Assembly (NCBI RefSeq): GCF_009914755.1
Contig: NC_060938.1
Origin: the human T2T-CHM13v2.0 reference genome, Homo sapiens
DNA: 64,000 nt
Strand: one strand, 5' to 3'
Shown: in pieces, positions 34,500 to 47,345 of the stretch
How the letters are laid out: every line of letters begins with the position of its first letter
How positions within the stretch are numbered: position 1 is the first letter of the stretch
Position numbers and translations under genes: made by a program
The notes under the pieces: generated by a model
What the model saw: the letters and a program-made list of their open reading frames with translations, nothing else
The model's database searches: none
Told to the model about the DNA's origin: nothing

Positions 34500-34985
34500 G
34501 GCAGGAAGTGCTCAGTGAAGCAGGGTGACCAAAGCCAAAGCTTTCTAGCTGGGGCACCAAAAAGGGAAGGCCAAGGAAATGGGAAAGTACCAGGGAGATT
34601 GTGGAGAGGAAGGAGCTCAGGAAAGTAACCTCATAAAGTTGTTCATGAATTCCTGGGTTCACCCCTGAACTGCACATCTATGAAGCTGATCCTAAACAGC
34701 ATTTCAAAGACTGAGAGGGGAAGAGCTAGAAGACGACCTCCCAGTCCCCAGACTGACCACTGGTTCATGGGACAGATCTCAATAGCACTTCAAGAGGTTT
34801 TGAAAATAGAATCGATGATGGAAGAATAACCTACGGAAGGCTGGTAGGAACATTAGCCTGTACTGAATCAGGCTAATTACCTGTTAAAACAAAAATATCA
34901 GTATTGTCCTAGGATTTAACAGGACCTGGAGTCTCATAACCTAATATTCCAAATGCCCCAAATACAATATTTATTTGTAAACATG
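34500..34985 (+). mobile_element. Probable old L1M 5'-region remnant
   Basis: cataaagttgttcatgaattcctgggttcacccctgaactgcacat...gatcctaaacagcat and agtctcataacctaatattccaaatgcc resemble L1M 5'UTR/ORF1-start sequence. Confidence 0.45.
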
Positions 34986-35572
34986 AGAACTTTAGAGAAC
35001 TTACCATTATCTTTATTTTACCATTCTTTGTCATCTTCAGGGAGTACGGATAATTAGAGAATGAGCGTTAGTGTTCCAAATCATATAAAAAATAAGTGTC
35101 TTATCAGTCATTATGTTTTGAAGAAAATCAGCTAGTTTTTATTCTATCATAAAATACAACAATTCTGAGTTCTTGCATCTTAGGATGCACTTTAAAGTGA
35201 GACTGAATATTGTTATTTGTCGAGAACAATGCTTTATCACCTTTCCACCAAAGTGCACATACATGATAGAAGAACAGACAATAAATGAGTTTCTCTGGAC
35301 AGTCTTGGGCTTTGGGTACTAAGAGTAGTAACTCAGAGCACTGCAAGCAAGACATTACTTTGAAGTCTTATGTTTTGTCTTAAAATTTGAGGCAAATATA
35401 TTCTATGTGATATAACAATTTTTTTAATAAAAATATATTGTTTTCCCATTCTTATAGTAATATAAAAGCCTTCAGAAACATGTGTATTTAGGGGCCCCCC
35501 AATTTGAGAAGTATGGCTTTAGGCTCAGCTAGATGATTTTGTTTAGCCAGCAAAGTCTCATAACCCAATTCC

Positions 35573-35700
35573 TAGGGTGACCATACATCTGGTTTCCCAG
35601 GATAGTCCCACTTTCATACCAGTTGTCCTTATGTAATTGTTACTGGCACCCCTTTTGCCACCTCAAAAGTATCCTGTTTCAGAATTGTATGGTTACCCTG
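35573..35700. mobile_element. hAT-Blackjack MITE (MER81/MER94-like)
   Basis: Terminal inverted repeats tAGGGTGACCATA...TATGGTTACCCTg, 128 bp in total; no recognisable TSD. Confidence 0.7.
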
Positions 35701-36005
35701 CTTATATCCTTTCCTTTCATTGTGAGTTTATATCTAAAAGGGAAATCTCAACATTATACACAATTTGGAAGATACAATAGAGATGCTCTCATAATCACAG
35801 CCCTCTAATCCCACCTCATTTAATCTTTTCCATATTTGTATTTTACATGGTTATAATTATATGCCTGTTACCTTAGTTAAATCAAGAGCCATGTTTTGTT
35901 TTGTCACATTTATATATGCCTTGAAATGTAACATACTTGTGTTGACTATAATACATAATAACCACAATTATGAAAATATTTTTTAACCTCTTTTCCCCTA
36001 TGCAG

Positions 36006-36076
36006 CAGGAACTCCAGAAGATAAAATGAGGTTGTTTCTTATCTATTATATAAGCACACAGCAAGCACCTTCTGAG
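36006..36076 (+). CDS. SCFD1: SCFD1 coding exon, 71 nt (A/GTPEDKMRLFLIYYISTQQAPSE)
   Basis: ttttcccctatgCAG|CAG tandem acceptor, GAG/gtatgt donor; phase 1 to 0; DK.RL..IY is a Sec1-family motif. Confidence 0.95.
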
Positions 36077-36208
36077 GTATGTCCTTTATTCAGTTATTGG
36101 GAGGAAGGGGAATGCTTGTTTGTAGACTACTACAATTCAGATTTTAAAACAGAAGTAAAAATCACTGTGGCTAAATATCTGCTTCATTTCTTTCTTTAAA
36201 AGAAAAAT

Positions 36209-36605
<397 letters not shown>

Positions 36606-37133
36606 CTACTTTTAAGTTGTTGGAATGTAAACTGAATTTCAGTGGCCAACATTCTTATTTTTGGAAAATAACTATTCTAAACTAAGTTAATCAGATTTGC
36701 TATGCTTTTTGAAAGGTTGACCTTATTTTAAGATTGTTTTAAAACTAATGTCCAATGTAGAAAATACGTTGTCTATTCTGTAAAAGAAAGTGGTGATTTT
36801 GGTATCAGACTTCTTCTGGGTTAGAGACTGTTGACTTTAATGTTAACTGTATACTTTTACTGGATGAGCAAGAAGCATAAGAACCTCAAGATGACATTTA
36901 GAATGTGGCTGTTCTAAGCTCCATTCCTTTGCTGGTAGCAATTTTTTGTTGTTGCTGTTGTTAGTATCTGGTAAATTGATAGGGTTTCTGTTGGTCAAAA
37001 ATCTTTGGCATATTAAGACAGCAAAACTAAACCTGATATTTGCTCTCAGCCATTCTGCTTTACCCTGGGAACACAAAGCTTTACTTCTAATTTTTTAAGA
37101 AAGTGTGGTTTTCTTTTTGTAAGTATCTCTTTC

Positions 37134-37381
<248 letters not shown>

Positions 37382-38113
37382 GTATCTCTCTCATCAACAG
37401 GGGTTTACCTATATATCTCAGGGTATTCTAATAGCCTAATTAAAATATTTTTCTTAAGAATATGTGATTTTAAAACTTAATTCAGTGTTCCCTTAATTTA
37501 ACCACATTATTTTTATTTACTTTTGGTAAGGATTATGTCTTTTCATAAATTTAAGTGATCGTTAAGATAGGCTCCTTTAAGTTACACAAATTCAGCCAGA
37601 CTTATCAGAAAATGAGTAAGGAAGAGTGAAAAAAAAAAAATTTAAAAGTGCGGGACACCTGTTGTCCAGTTAATGAATCTGGACCCCTAGAATGAAAATG
37701 AGATGAGAAACCGAAATCTGCAGCTCCCCTCAGTTGGTGTCATTCCTCTTGTGTTTCTGGTTTAGAAATATTCTTGGTCAAACCAAATCATTCATTTAGT
37801 GTGTGTCCTGAAGAAAAGCAGTCTATCCCAGCAGTAAAGGAAAAAATAGCTTTGTTGGACTTGCTGAGAAATTTAAAAATACTGTACTTTTATAGGTGAT
37901 TTGGGAGCCTCTTAAAGGTAATTTTCATTATATGTGATTTTCTTGTCTTGGGTGCTCACTTGGGTACTCACTTAAGACGTGACTCCACTCTACTTGGGTG
38001 CCAAGAATTTAAACTCATGCCTTTGGTCTTACTTTTTAATTAATCAAATGGCAACAAATAACATCTTTCTTGAAAGTAAAATTTTTTGTCATATAGTTCT
38101 TTTCTTATTTCAG

Positions 38114-38193
38114 GCTGATTTGGAGCAATATAAAAAAGCTTTAACTGATGCAGGATGCAACCTTAATCCTTTACAATATATCAAACAGTGGAA
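38114..38193 (+). CDS. SCFD1: SCFD1 coding exon, 80 nt (ADLEQYKKALTDAGCNLNPLQYIKQW/K)
   Basis: tttcttatttcAG acceptor, AA/gtaagt donor; phase 0 to 2. Confidence 0.95.
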
Positions 38194-39646
38194 GTAAGTT
38201 TTATTTTCTTCTTTAATTCCTGTCATTTAAAAGAGTACAATTGAGGCTTCATTCCCAAGAAAATGGGAATGCTAATAAGAAAACTGAACAATGCCTTGGT
38301 GGTTTTATATATCCAGTGGCATAAATATTTCCTTATCTGGCCCACCCTGTTTACAACTTAAAATTACATAAAACAGTGATGCCTTTCTTTCCTGGGCAAG
38401 CTTTATAGTTTCTTTACTGATAAGGTGAGAAAGTCAAAGACCGAAATGTCTGGAGTCAAATGTCTCCAAGGCATTAAGAGGAAATTTTAATTTGACTAGT
38501 AATCAAAGAAATGCAAATTAACATAATGCAAATGTTTAGAAAATACCATGCCAAGGATACAGGAAAATTCACTTGTGCATTTTATACTCTGCTATTAGGA
38601 ATATAAATTGTCAAAATTTTTCTGGATGGTATAAAGAGTTCTTTAAAAATAGCTCTGACCTAGTACTTCTCTTAAGGATTTATCCCAAAGAAGTAATTGG
38701 AGCTAAGACTTTAGACACAATTGTAATAATGAAATTTTTAAAAGCAACCTAAATGTCTAGCAGTAGTGTTAGTAAGTATATTGTGGTATTTCTGCAAGAT
38801 AAATACAGTCAAGTCATTAAAAATCAGAAGGCTTACTTAATGACATTGAGAAATGCTCACGTTATATTGCAAAGTAAAAAAAAAAAAAATTATAACACTC
38901 TTCATTGATTTGTTTAATAAATATTTCCTAATAGCGAGCATGATAAACAAGGCCCCAACTGTCAGTGAATTCACATTTGTGTTGAGGAAACAATTAACAA
39001 ATAAGCAAATAAATGAACAGAATAATGTTAAACCATGTTAAATGACATAAGAAATAAAACTAAGTGGTAAGATTTTAACCTGCTGGGGGTGATAGCTAAA
39101 TTTGCTTAGGAGATCAGGGAAAGCATCTAGTAGGCAGTCACATTTGAGCCAAAACTTAAATGACATTTTTTACAGTTATGATCCCTGTTTATCCATTTTT
39201 TCATCCATATGTATGTGTTCATATAAGCATACACATAAAAACATGTAATTACAGAGTTGAAATGGCATACAACTAAATGTTAATAGTAGATAATTCCAAA
39301 TAGTAGAATTTTTTTTCCTTTTGGGTGCTTTTCTTTATTTTTCAAATTTTCTACAAAAACTATTACCTTCAAAATAGTTTTTAAAATAATTAATTTTTTA
39401 AGACTAAAGGATTAAATAGGCTTTCTGATCACAATTACATTAAAAAAAAGCATAACAAGAGAATTACACCAAGTTGTTAACAGTAGTTATCTCTTGAGTG
39501 CTGAGATTATGAGTGCTTTTTATTATCTATACTTTTGACTTTTGAAACTTACTTTTGTCTGTGTTCTTGTAATAAGAAAAAAAAATACACAACAAACCTT
39601 TGTTTAAAAGGAAAACTGAAAACTGTCTTTCCCAATTTTTATAATA

Positions 39647-39725
39647 CAGGTTGAATCCCCCTTATCCAAAATGCTTGGAACCAGAAGTGTTTTGGATTTT
39701 TGATTTTTTCAGATTTGGGAATATT

Positions 39726-39784
<59 letters not shown>

Positions 39785-39945
39785 TGAGATATCTTGGGGA
39801 TGGGACCCAAGTCTAAACAAAAAATCAATTATTGTCTCATATGCATAGCCTAAAGGTAATTTTATCAATATTCTTAAGTTGTGCATTTGGACTGCAACCT
39901 GACAAGAGGTCAGTGTGGAATTTTCTCATTGTGGCATCATGTCTG
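39647..39945 (+). mobile_element. Tigger4/Zombi (MER46-type) DNA transposon fragment
   Basis: TA, then CAGGTTGAATCCCCTTATCCAAAATGCTTGGAACCAGAAGTGTTTTGGATTT, and gagatatcttggggatgggacccaagtctaaac. Confidence 0.8.
39729..39778. repeat. (AT)~25 microsatellite
   Basis: Uninterrupted AT dinucleotide run inside the Tigger4 fragment. Confidence 0.97.
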
Positions 39946-40000
39946 CACTACAAGTAAACATTAGTGTATATTCTTTCATTGTTTATACATATGACAGATT

Positions 40001-40155
40001 TTTTTTCTAGAGACAAGGTCTTGCTCTGCCACTCAGGCTGGAGTGCAGTGATACAATCATAGCTCACTGTAACCTCACAGTCCTGGGCTCATGATCCTTC
40101 CATTTCAGCCTCCTTAGTAGCTAGGACTACAGGTGTGCACCACTGCACCCAGCCA
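40001..40155 (-). mobile_element. Alu right-arm monomer (FRAM/AluJ)
   Basis: gagacaaggtcttgctctgccactcaggctggagtgcagtg...caccactgcacccagcc. Confidence 0.85.
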
Positions 40156-41276
40156 GATATTTTTTAAAACTGGGAAATCATTTTTAGAGATACAGTTTTG
40201 TATTCTAGTTCTTAATAACTTTCATCATGCCAGTTCATGGAAGTATTTACTGTTTGCCTAATATTAAATCATATAAATATACTGTTATTTATTTAACCCT
40301 TCTTTGTTGTTTAGATATTGTTTCTAGTGAAAAACTATTTTTTGTTGTTGTTGTTAATGCAGAAATTCTAATCCACTGCTGATTCACATCATCCTTTCTG
40401 AACAAGACTGAAATTTTTGTTTGGGATTTCTCTAAGGGTATTGTTGGCACATTTTGTCAAGATTGAAATTGAATATTTTTAGCATTTCTACTACCACATC
40501 TTAGTGATTTACATTTTTTTCCCTTATAAAATTTTCTTTAGGTACTCTTTTTTTCCCAGTTACAAAGCATTTAAAATAAGAATCATTATGAAAGAATACT
40601 GACTGGCATAAAATGTCTATGGTGTGCCACTAAAATGTGTTATAAAACAGTGTATACAATATGATGCTAATTTTGGTTTTTAAATCATATATGTTAAATA
40701 GGCATATGTCCTAAGATTAGAAGACTATACACCAACATCTTAACAGGGGTTACCTCAAAGTGGTAGGATTCTTCTGGGAGCATTTTATATTTTCTGGATT
40801 CTCTACAGTGAAAATACTCTCAGAATAAAAATATTTTTTAAGGCACATCTAAATGCCATCTTTCTGCCCATCCTTCATCAATCGTATTGTTTAGTTACAG
40901 AGATTCTGGACATTTAGAAAGAGTTGAAAATAAACAACTGTATGCAATTAAGTGTAAAATCTGTGGTATATAATATAACTAAAGGGAAAAATCATTGAGT
41001 GGTAGAGTTAGAAGTGTTAACAAAGAAAGTGGTTTTGAACTTAGTCTTAAAAGGAAATGTACAGTTTCTATTGAAGAAGGTAGTGAATTTATACTCCCTA
41101 AAGGACAGCATGAGCAAAGGCATGTACCTGGAAACAAGGGAGCATAGAATGTAGGAAACAATAAAAAGACTAAATTATTACATGGTTGTTCTTTTAAGCC
41201 ATCAAGTCTCTACATCAGTTCTTTTTATTTAAATGATCAGATAGAAATGAAGAAAAATAGGAAGTTTGGAAAACTA

Positions 41277-41540
<264 letters not shown>

Positions 41541-41638
41541 TCATAGAAGTTAGAGTTAGTCAGTAGATATTTTAATACCGTGACACCCAGAGTTAGTTCT
41601 AATAATTAGCTTTTAAGTACAACTTCCTTCTTTCATAG

Positions 41639-41701
41639 GGCTTTTACCAAGATGGCCTCAGCTCCGGCCAGCTATGGCAGCACTACCACTAAACCAATGG
41701 G
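41639..41701 (+). CDS. SCFD1: SCFD1 coding exon, 63 nt (K/AFTKMASAPASYGSTTTKPM/G)
   Basis: ttctttcatAG acceptor, GG/gtaagt donor; phase 2 to 2 (symmetric). Confidence 0.95.
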
Positions 41702-41847
41702 GTAAGTATTTTTAATAATTCTTTTGCATCTTTGTACTCAAAACCTTACTTAGACTTTCATGCCTTAAAAACACAATGTCTGATACTTTGAATGCGGAAA
41801 ATGTCACCATGCCTTTGGTGACATTTAGATGGCTGAAGTTCTCCTGG

Positions 41848-42015
41848 TTTTTTTTTTCTATTTTTTAACTTATTTTTCATTGACATTTAATAATTGTACA
41901 TATTTATGGGGTACAGTGTGCTAATACATACCATGTGTAATTATCCAATCAGAGTAATTAGCATATCACCTCAAACATTTATCATTTTTTAGTGTTGGGC
42001 ACATTCAGATTCTCA
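41848..42015 (-). mobile_element. L1MA-type 3' end fragment
   Basis: aataattgtacatatttatggggtacagtgtg...atcagagtaattagcatatcacctcaaacatttatcattt. Confidence 0.75.
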
Positions 42016-43805
42016 CTTTAAAATGTAAGTTAATGTCTTTTACATGGTATGAGCTGAAACTTAGATAACATTTTTTATAGTATCATCCCTATTTATCCAT
42101 TTATCCATCTGTGTGTATCTGTGTGGATGAGTAAACACATACATACATTTAATTGCATAGCTGAAATGATATACACCTAAATGTTAATAGTGGGTAATTC
42201 CAAGGGGTATAGTTTTTTTCTTTGGGGTACTTTTCTTTATTTTCCAAATTTTCTACAACAAATATTGTCTTCTCGATGGTTTTTATTCATATGCTTGTTT
42301 GTTATTATAACATAGTTTTCATTTTCAGAAAACATTTGAAGGTTAAAACTGTTTTAGTACCAATGTTGATAACTAATATAGACTTGAAGCTAGGCCTGGC
42401 TTCAGGATAGATTCAAGCAGTGCTAAATGATAGGAAGTCCTCAGGGCTAGGTATGACATCTTACTCCAGAGACCCCAGTGGAGTATGTGTGATTTTCAGA
42501 GAAACTGAACAAGGTAATTCTGACTACTCTTTTTGGTACCATACAGTTTCCAATTCCTAGCTTACTTTTTAGAGCTAAAACAAAAGCAGGAAGCCAGAGG
42601 AGAACAGGTTTATCCTAGCCCCACACTGAGTAACTGGTTTTAATGAAATAATTTCCAAAAACAAAAGCACTCAGCCTTATAAGTACTTGGCAAAAGGAAT
42701 CCAGCTGGCCTCACCTTCAGACAGTGCTGCGCAGGTTAGCACACCCCCACAGAGTTGCCTGGTGACAGGAATCGCTCCAGGGCCATTCATTCCAACAAGG
42801 ATTACTTTCTCTTGCTTCTGTTAATGAAAAGATTTCCATCCTGTCCATCTCTTCATTTCAGAGGGGAGTAAGGCAAGATGAGGAAAAGGAAAATATTTTT
42901 GGAAAATTACTTCCATGTGTTTAATAAAATAGACTTTTCAGTTTCATCCCTTAAAAATCTTATTGAACATTAGCCTATTAGAGTTCTTATGATTTTACAA
43001 TTGGGATTTTGATAAATATGTTATAAGAAGCTCTTGGGTGATCTGAAAGCTGTCCCTAGCCTTCTGAGATTTTAATGCAGGATTACTAATCTGTCCCACA
43101 AAACATCTTTTAATTCCATGTGAGAGACTGTTTGAACCACAGATATAAACCCAGTATGGCAAGTCACTTATTGGTGTTTTGTTGTTGTTGTTTAAAATGT
43201 AGACAACATTCTCAGAGTTGAGGCAAAATTCGCTAAGTCTGTTCTGTTTCACATTTTTTTATGATAGATTTTATGTATAGAGAGGAGAGAAAATATACAA
43301 TGTAGAATTGGATCCAGCTGCTGATAAAAGAGAACACAGTAATGTTTGACTTACTCGTAATACTTGCATATATATTTTCAATATGTTCATATGGTTTGAA
43401 CTCCTAAAGCAAATTGTCCAAGTTACTAGCTTTAAATTGGTTTTTTTTAGCATTAGACAATCAGGAAGGCAAGGAATTCTCTTCAAATTATAACTCGCAA
43501 AAAAAAAATATAGCTAAGACTAGGAAATTAAGATGTTTATTTTGAGGGCAGCTCTTTATTTTTGTATTTTTTAATAATTATTGACTAATCAGAGTATTTT
43601 AATTACTATTTTATTGTTAAATAAAATTGCAGCTGTGATACCCATGGCAGCAGAAATTCTCAAGACCCTTCTGTTTAGTGAAAACAAAGGTGGTAGGTAC
43701 AGCGAGCATCAGCATGTGGTGTGTAATCAGGTAAATATTTTATCGATAACAGATTGGAGAGGCACTTTGTACTTAGAATGGTCCTTCTCTTTTGCCCCTA
43801 CCTAG

Positions 43806-43881
43806 TCTTTTATCACGAGTCATGAATACAGGATCACAGTTTGTGATGGAAGGAGTGAAGAACCTGGTTTTGAAACAGCAA
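43806..43881 (+). CDS. SCFD1: SCFD1 coding exon, 76 nt (G/LLSRVMNTGSQFVMEGVKNLVLKQQ)
   Basis: tttgcccctacctAG acceptor, CAA/gtaagt donor; phase 2 to 0; contains the Sly1 EGVKNL motif. Confidence 0.95.
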
Positions 43882-44008
43882 GTAAGTACACTTGTTAGAA
43901 AACATACTGGTAACTTTTAAACATAAATGTTGACAGGCTAACTGCTCAGGTAAAGCAACTCCTGGATTTATTCAAGTAATAAATAGGAATCATAAAATCA
44001 AGGAGTTC

Positions 44009-44257
44009 CTTTTTTTTTAAGTTCTGGGGTACATGTGCAGGGTGTGCTGGTTTGTTACATAGGTAAATGTGTGCCTTGGTGGTTTGCTGCACAGATCAGC
44101 CCATCACCTAGGTATTAAGCCCAGCATCCATTAGCTCACTTCCCTATTGCTCTCCCGGCCTCCTACAGGCCCCGATGTGTGTTGTTCCTCTCCCTGTGTC
44201 CATGTGTTCTCATTGTTGAGCTCCCATGTGGTATTTGGTTTTCTGTTCCTGAGTTAG
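44009..44257 (-). mobile_element. Heavily 5'-truncated L1PA 3'UTR insertion
   Basis: taagttctggggtacatgtgcagggtgtgctggtttgttacataggtaaatgtgtgcc; 14-bp TSD AAATCAAGGAGTTC at 43995-44008 and 44258-44271. Confidence 0.9.
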
Positions 44258-45110
44258 AAATCAAGGAGTTCTTTATTAGTGTATTTAAGACTCTGAGGGT
44301 ATTTTTTACATGTGTAGCTCAGAGCTCTGTAATTTTATACTTTTTTAAAAAAAAATTGTTCATTTGGATTTGGACTTTACTTACATTTTGATTTGTATTT
44401 ACCATCAGGTTGTTGAAAGTACGTTAATTGAAAGAATGAACCTAACCTATTTAGAATAGTGAACTGTTACATAATGAATATCATTTCTTTTAACATATAA
44501 TCAGAGAATATTAATAAGCTAATGAACTTCATATCTAAAGTCCTATGTAAATTGGACTAAACAAAATATTTTAAATAGAATTTATATTTGGGGATAATAA
44601 AATTGTACCTCGATTTCGCATTTTCTTTCTTTTAGTCCTTCATTTTGTATATAGGACACTTTTAAATGACTTTTTTGTTTCTGTGATTTTTCTATTCTAA
44701 TATATAGATATTCTGCTTCAGTCATTATTAATTTGGTATCTTTTCAAAAGATTTGTTTTTTACTTTTAATTTTGGAAATTTTCAAATATGCATTATCAAA
44801 CTCTCCTGAATCCTTCAATTAAGTCAGTATCCATTCTTGTTTCATCTATCCCATTTGTGTTTTTTATTTACTTTTACTGGAATATTTTAAGGCAAAACTG
44901 AGATAATATTTTACACAGAAACTCAGTTTGCAGTGAGAAGGGTTTTAAAGGCCAAATCAAAAGAATCAGTTATTCAGACCTGAATATTGTTTATTTACCT
45001 GTATTCAGAAAAAAACAAGATCTTTTCTTTCCTCCACACTTTTCTTTCTTATAATGTTTGCTTGTGGTATTTTATATACTTAATCTTTATTTGTGGTTTA
45101 ATAAGTTATT

Positions 45111-45346
45111 TTTTTCTTTTTCTTTTTTTCTGAGACAAGGTCAGGCTCTCTTGCCCAGGCTGGAGTGCAGTGATGCTAGCTGGGACTACAGGCACGCACC
45201 GCCACACCTGGCTAATCTTTGTATATTTTGTAGAGATGGGGTTTCACTATGTCGCCCAGGCAGGTCTTGAACTCCTGGGCTCAAGTGATCTTCCCACCTC
45301 AGCCTCTCAAGTGCTGGGATTACAGGTATGAGCCACTGTGCCTGGC
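45111..45346 (-). mobile_element. AluJ with an internal deletion in the right arm
   Basis: gagtgcagtgatgc joins directly to tagctgggactacagg; ends gagccactgtgcctggcc. Confidence 0.87.
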
Positions 45347-47141
45347 CTCATTATCCCTTTTAGAAATTATTGTCAATCTCTCTCATTCTACCTCCTGGTA
45401 AGGAGCTACTACCAAATACTAAAGCTACTTTTTCTTACTCGTTCGTAGTACTGTCGAGAATCAGCTTATCTTCACCCTCTTAGACTATATGTGAAAAGGC
45501 ACAATAGGAAGTTTGGGCACATTAGAGACAAATGTGCTATACTTTACGGCTTAGCCTGCGCCCGGTTCTTATTTATCGTCAACTGTGGACAAAATGATTT
45601 TGTTTCATGAGACAAAGGGGGACCACCAACTTCTACGGTAATGTCTGCCTTTTGCTAGATAGACTGGCTATTACATAACCATATGTAGTTTATTTTTAAG
45701 GAGAATTACATATTTTTCTTCACATGTCACTGTTAGAAGTAAATCCCAATAGTAAGATTTCCCTAAACAAAGTATTTCTTGTAACATATAACTCATAATA
45801 TTTAGAAATTACAGACTTTAACCTTTAGAATAATCATGGTTTGTTTTGTTTTTGAACTTACTACCTCAGAGTCACATGGTATATATCCCCTATGATACCT
45901 GTAAAAGACATCTAAATTGGTCAATTCTTAAATATTTTATTGTGCTAACACAAAAGTTTTATTTTATTTGGAGTGCATAAGATACAGAAACAATTCTTTA
46001 TGATCTTACATCTCTGTTTTTTTAATATTGCAAATAACATACCACTTTGACATAGGCAGTTTCTCACTTACAAAAGTAAAATTTGAAATGATCAGTGGTC
46101 ACCCCATCTGTATATTTTTGCCACCACTACCAGAAGAGCCATGTCATTAAAAAAAAAAAAAAAAAAAAAAAGTTCAGAATTAGAGAAATAGGTATTGACA
46201 GGGGGTAGGAATGGTTCATTTTATATTATCATCAAGTAAAAGTAATAGTCATACAGTATAGTTCAATGTAGTCTTTTTTTTGTTGCTCTTTAAAAAGAGA
46301 AAAAATAGATGGTACTGAAGGACAAATACTCAGGCTTACCTAAGCTTTAAATGTTAGTTTTTTCTGGGTACATCTTCATCTCTGGTTACTACTGTCCACG
46401 ACAAATTGCTAGGATTGAAATCTAGAATCAAGAGTGTAGACATTTCTAATTGTTCTTAATAAATATTACCAAATTATCCTCGAGTAAAGAGTCTCTAGAA
46501 ATATGTAAACTCAGAGAAATCCATGTTAAAGCTCTATTACCCTTATATTCTAAAATTTAGAGGTACTATGGTGGGAGGTCTTGGGCAGTTTGGGAACTGA
46601 GAGGTAAGAGGTATCAAAGAAGACACTGCTGAAGATCAGTTCTGTTTCACTCTTGGAATATTATGAGTAATTTATGCCTGTTAAATCTCTAAATATTGTT
46701 TTGGATCTTTTTATCTGAATAAACAGTTTAAACTATAAATAAATTAGAATAGGATTAACTACATCCAGTTTTCTAGGTCACTTATAAGAGCTTTTTATAC
46801 CTTGTTTTATGGGCAGCATAAGTTTTGTGCATCACAAGTATCAACTATCACATAAAACCAGTTGAATGTTATTCACAGATTTGGAATCTATTTGTGTGAG
46901 GATAATTGTACAAGAATGTGAAGATGAATAATGTAGCATACAGTTGCATAATTTTAGATTTCTGTTTTACTCTCTTTGGCCTGTTTGCAAAAATAATCCC
47001 TCCTTTAAAAATGAATTAACAACACATAAATTACAAGCAGTGAAAATCCATAGATTAAAAAAAGACTTAAAATACACAGTTGCAATGTCTGGCCCTTAAG
47101 ATTATGATATGAACAAGAAAACTATAAAACATGATTTTATA

Positions 47142-47345
47142 TGTCGGGTGCAGTGGCTCACGCCTGTAACCCCAGTACTTTGGGAGGCCAAGGCAGGCAG
47201 ATTGCTTGAGCCCAGGCATTCAAGACCAGCCTGGGCAACATGGCAAAAGTCCATCTATCTCTACAAAAAATACAAAAAAATTAGCTGGGCATGGTGGCAC
47301 ATGCTTGGGAGGCTGAGGTGGGAGGATCACGTGAGCCTGGGAGAT
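47142..47345 (+). mobile_element. Partial AluJ followed by an L1M 3' fragment
   Basis: gtcgggtgcagtggctcacgcctgtaacccc...gattgcttgagcccagg; then catacatcaaaacatcatgttgtacaccc (L1M-like) up to ~47480. Confidence 0.8.

Noticed and set aside
39651-39886. ORFs with (IY)n runs
   Set aside because: Artefact of the (AT)n microsatellite.
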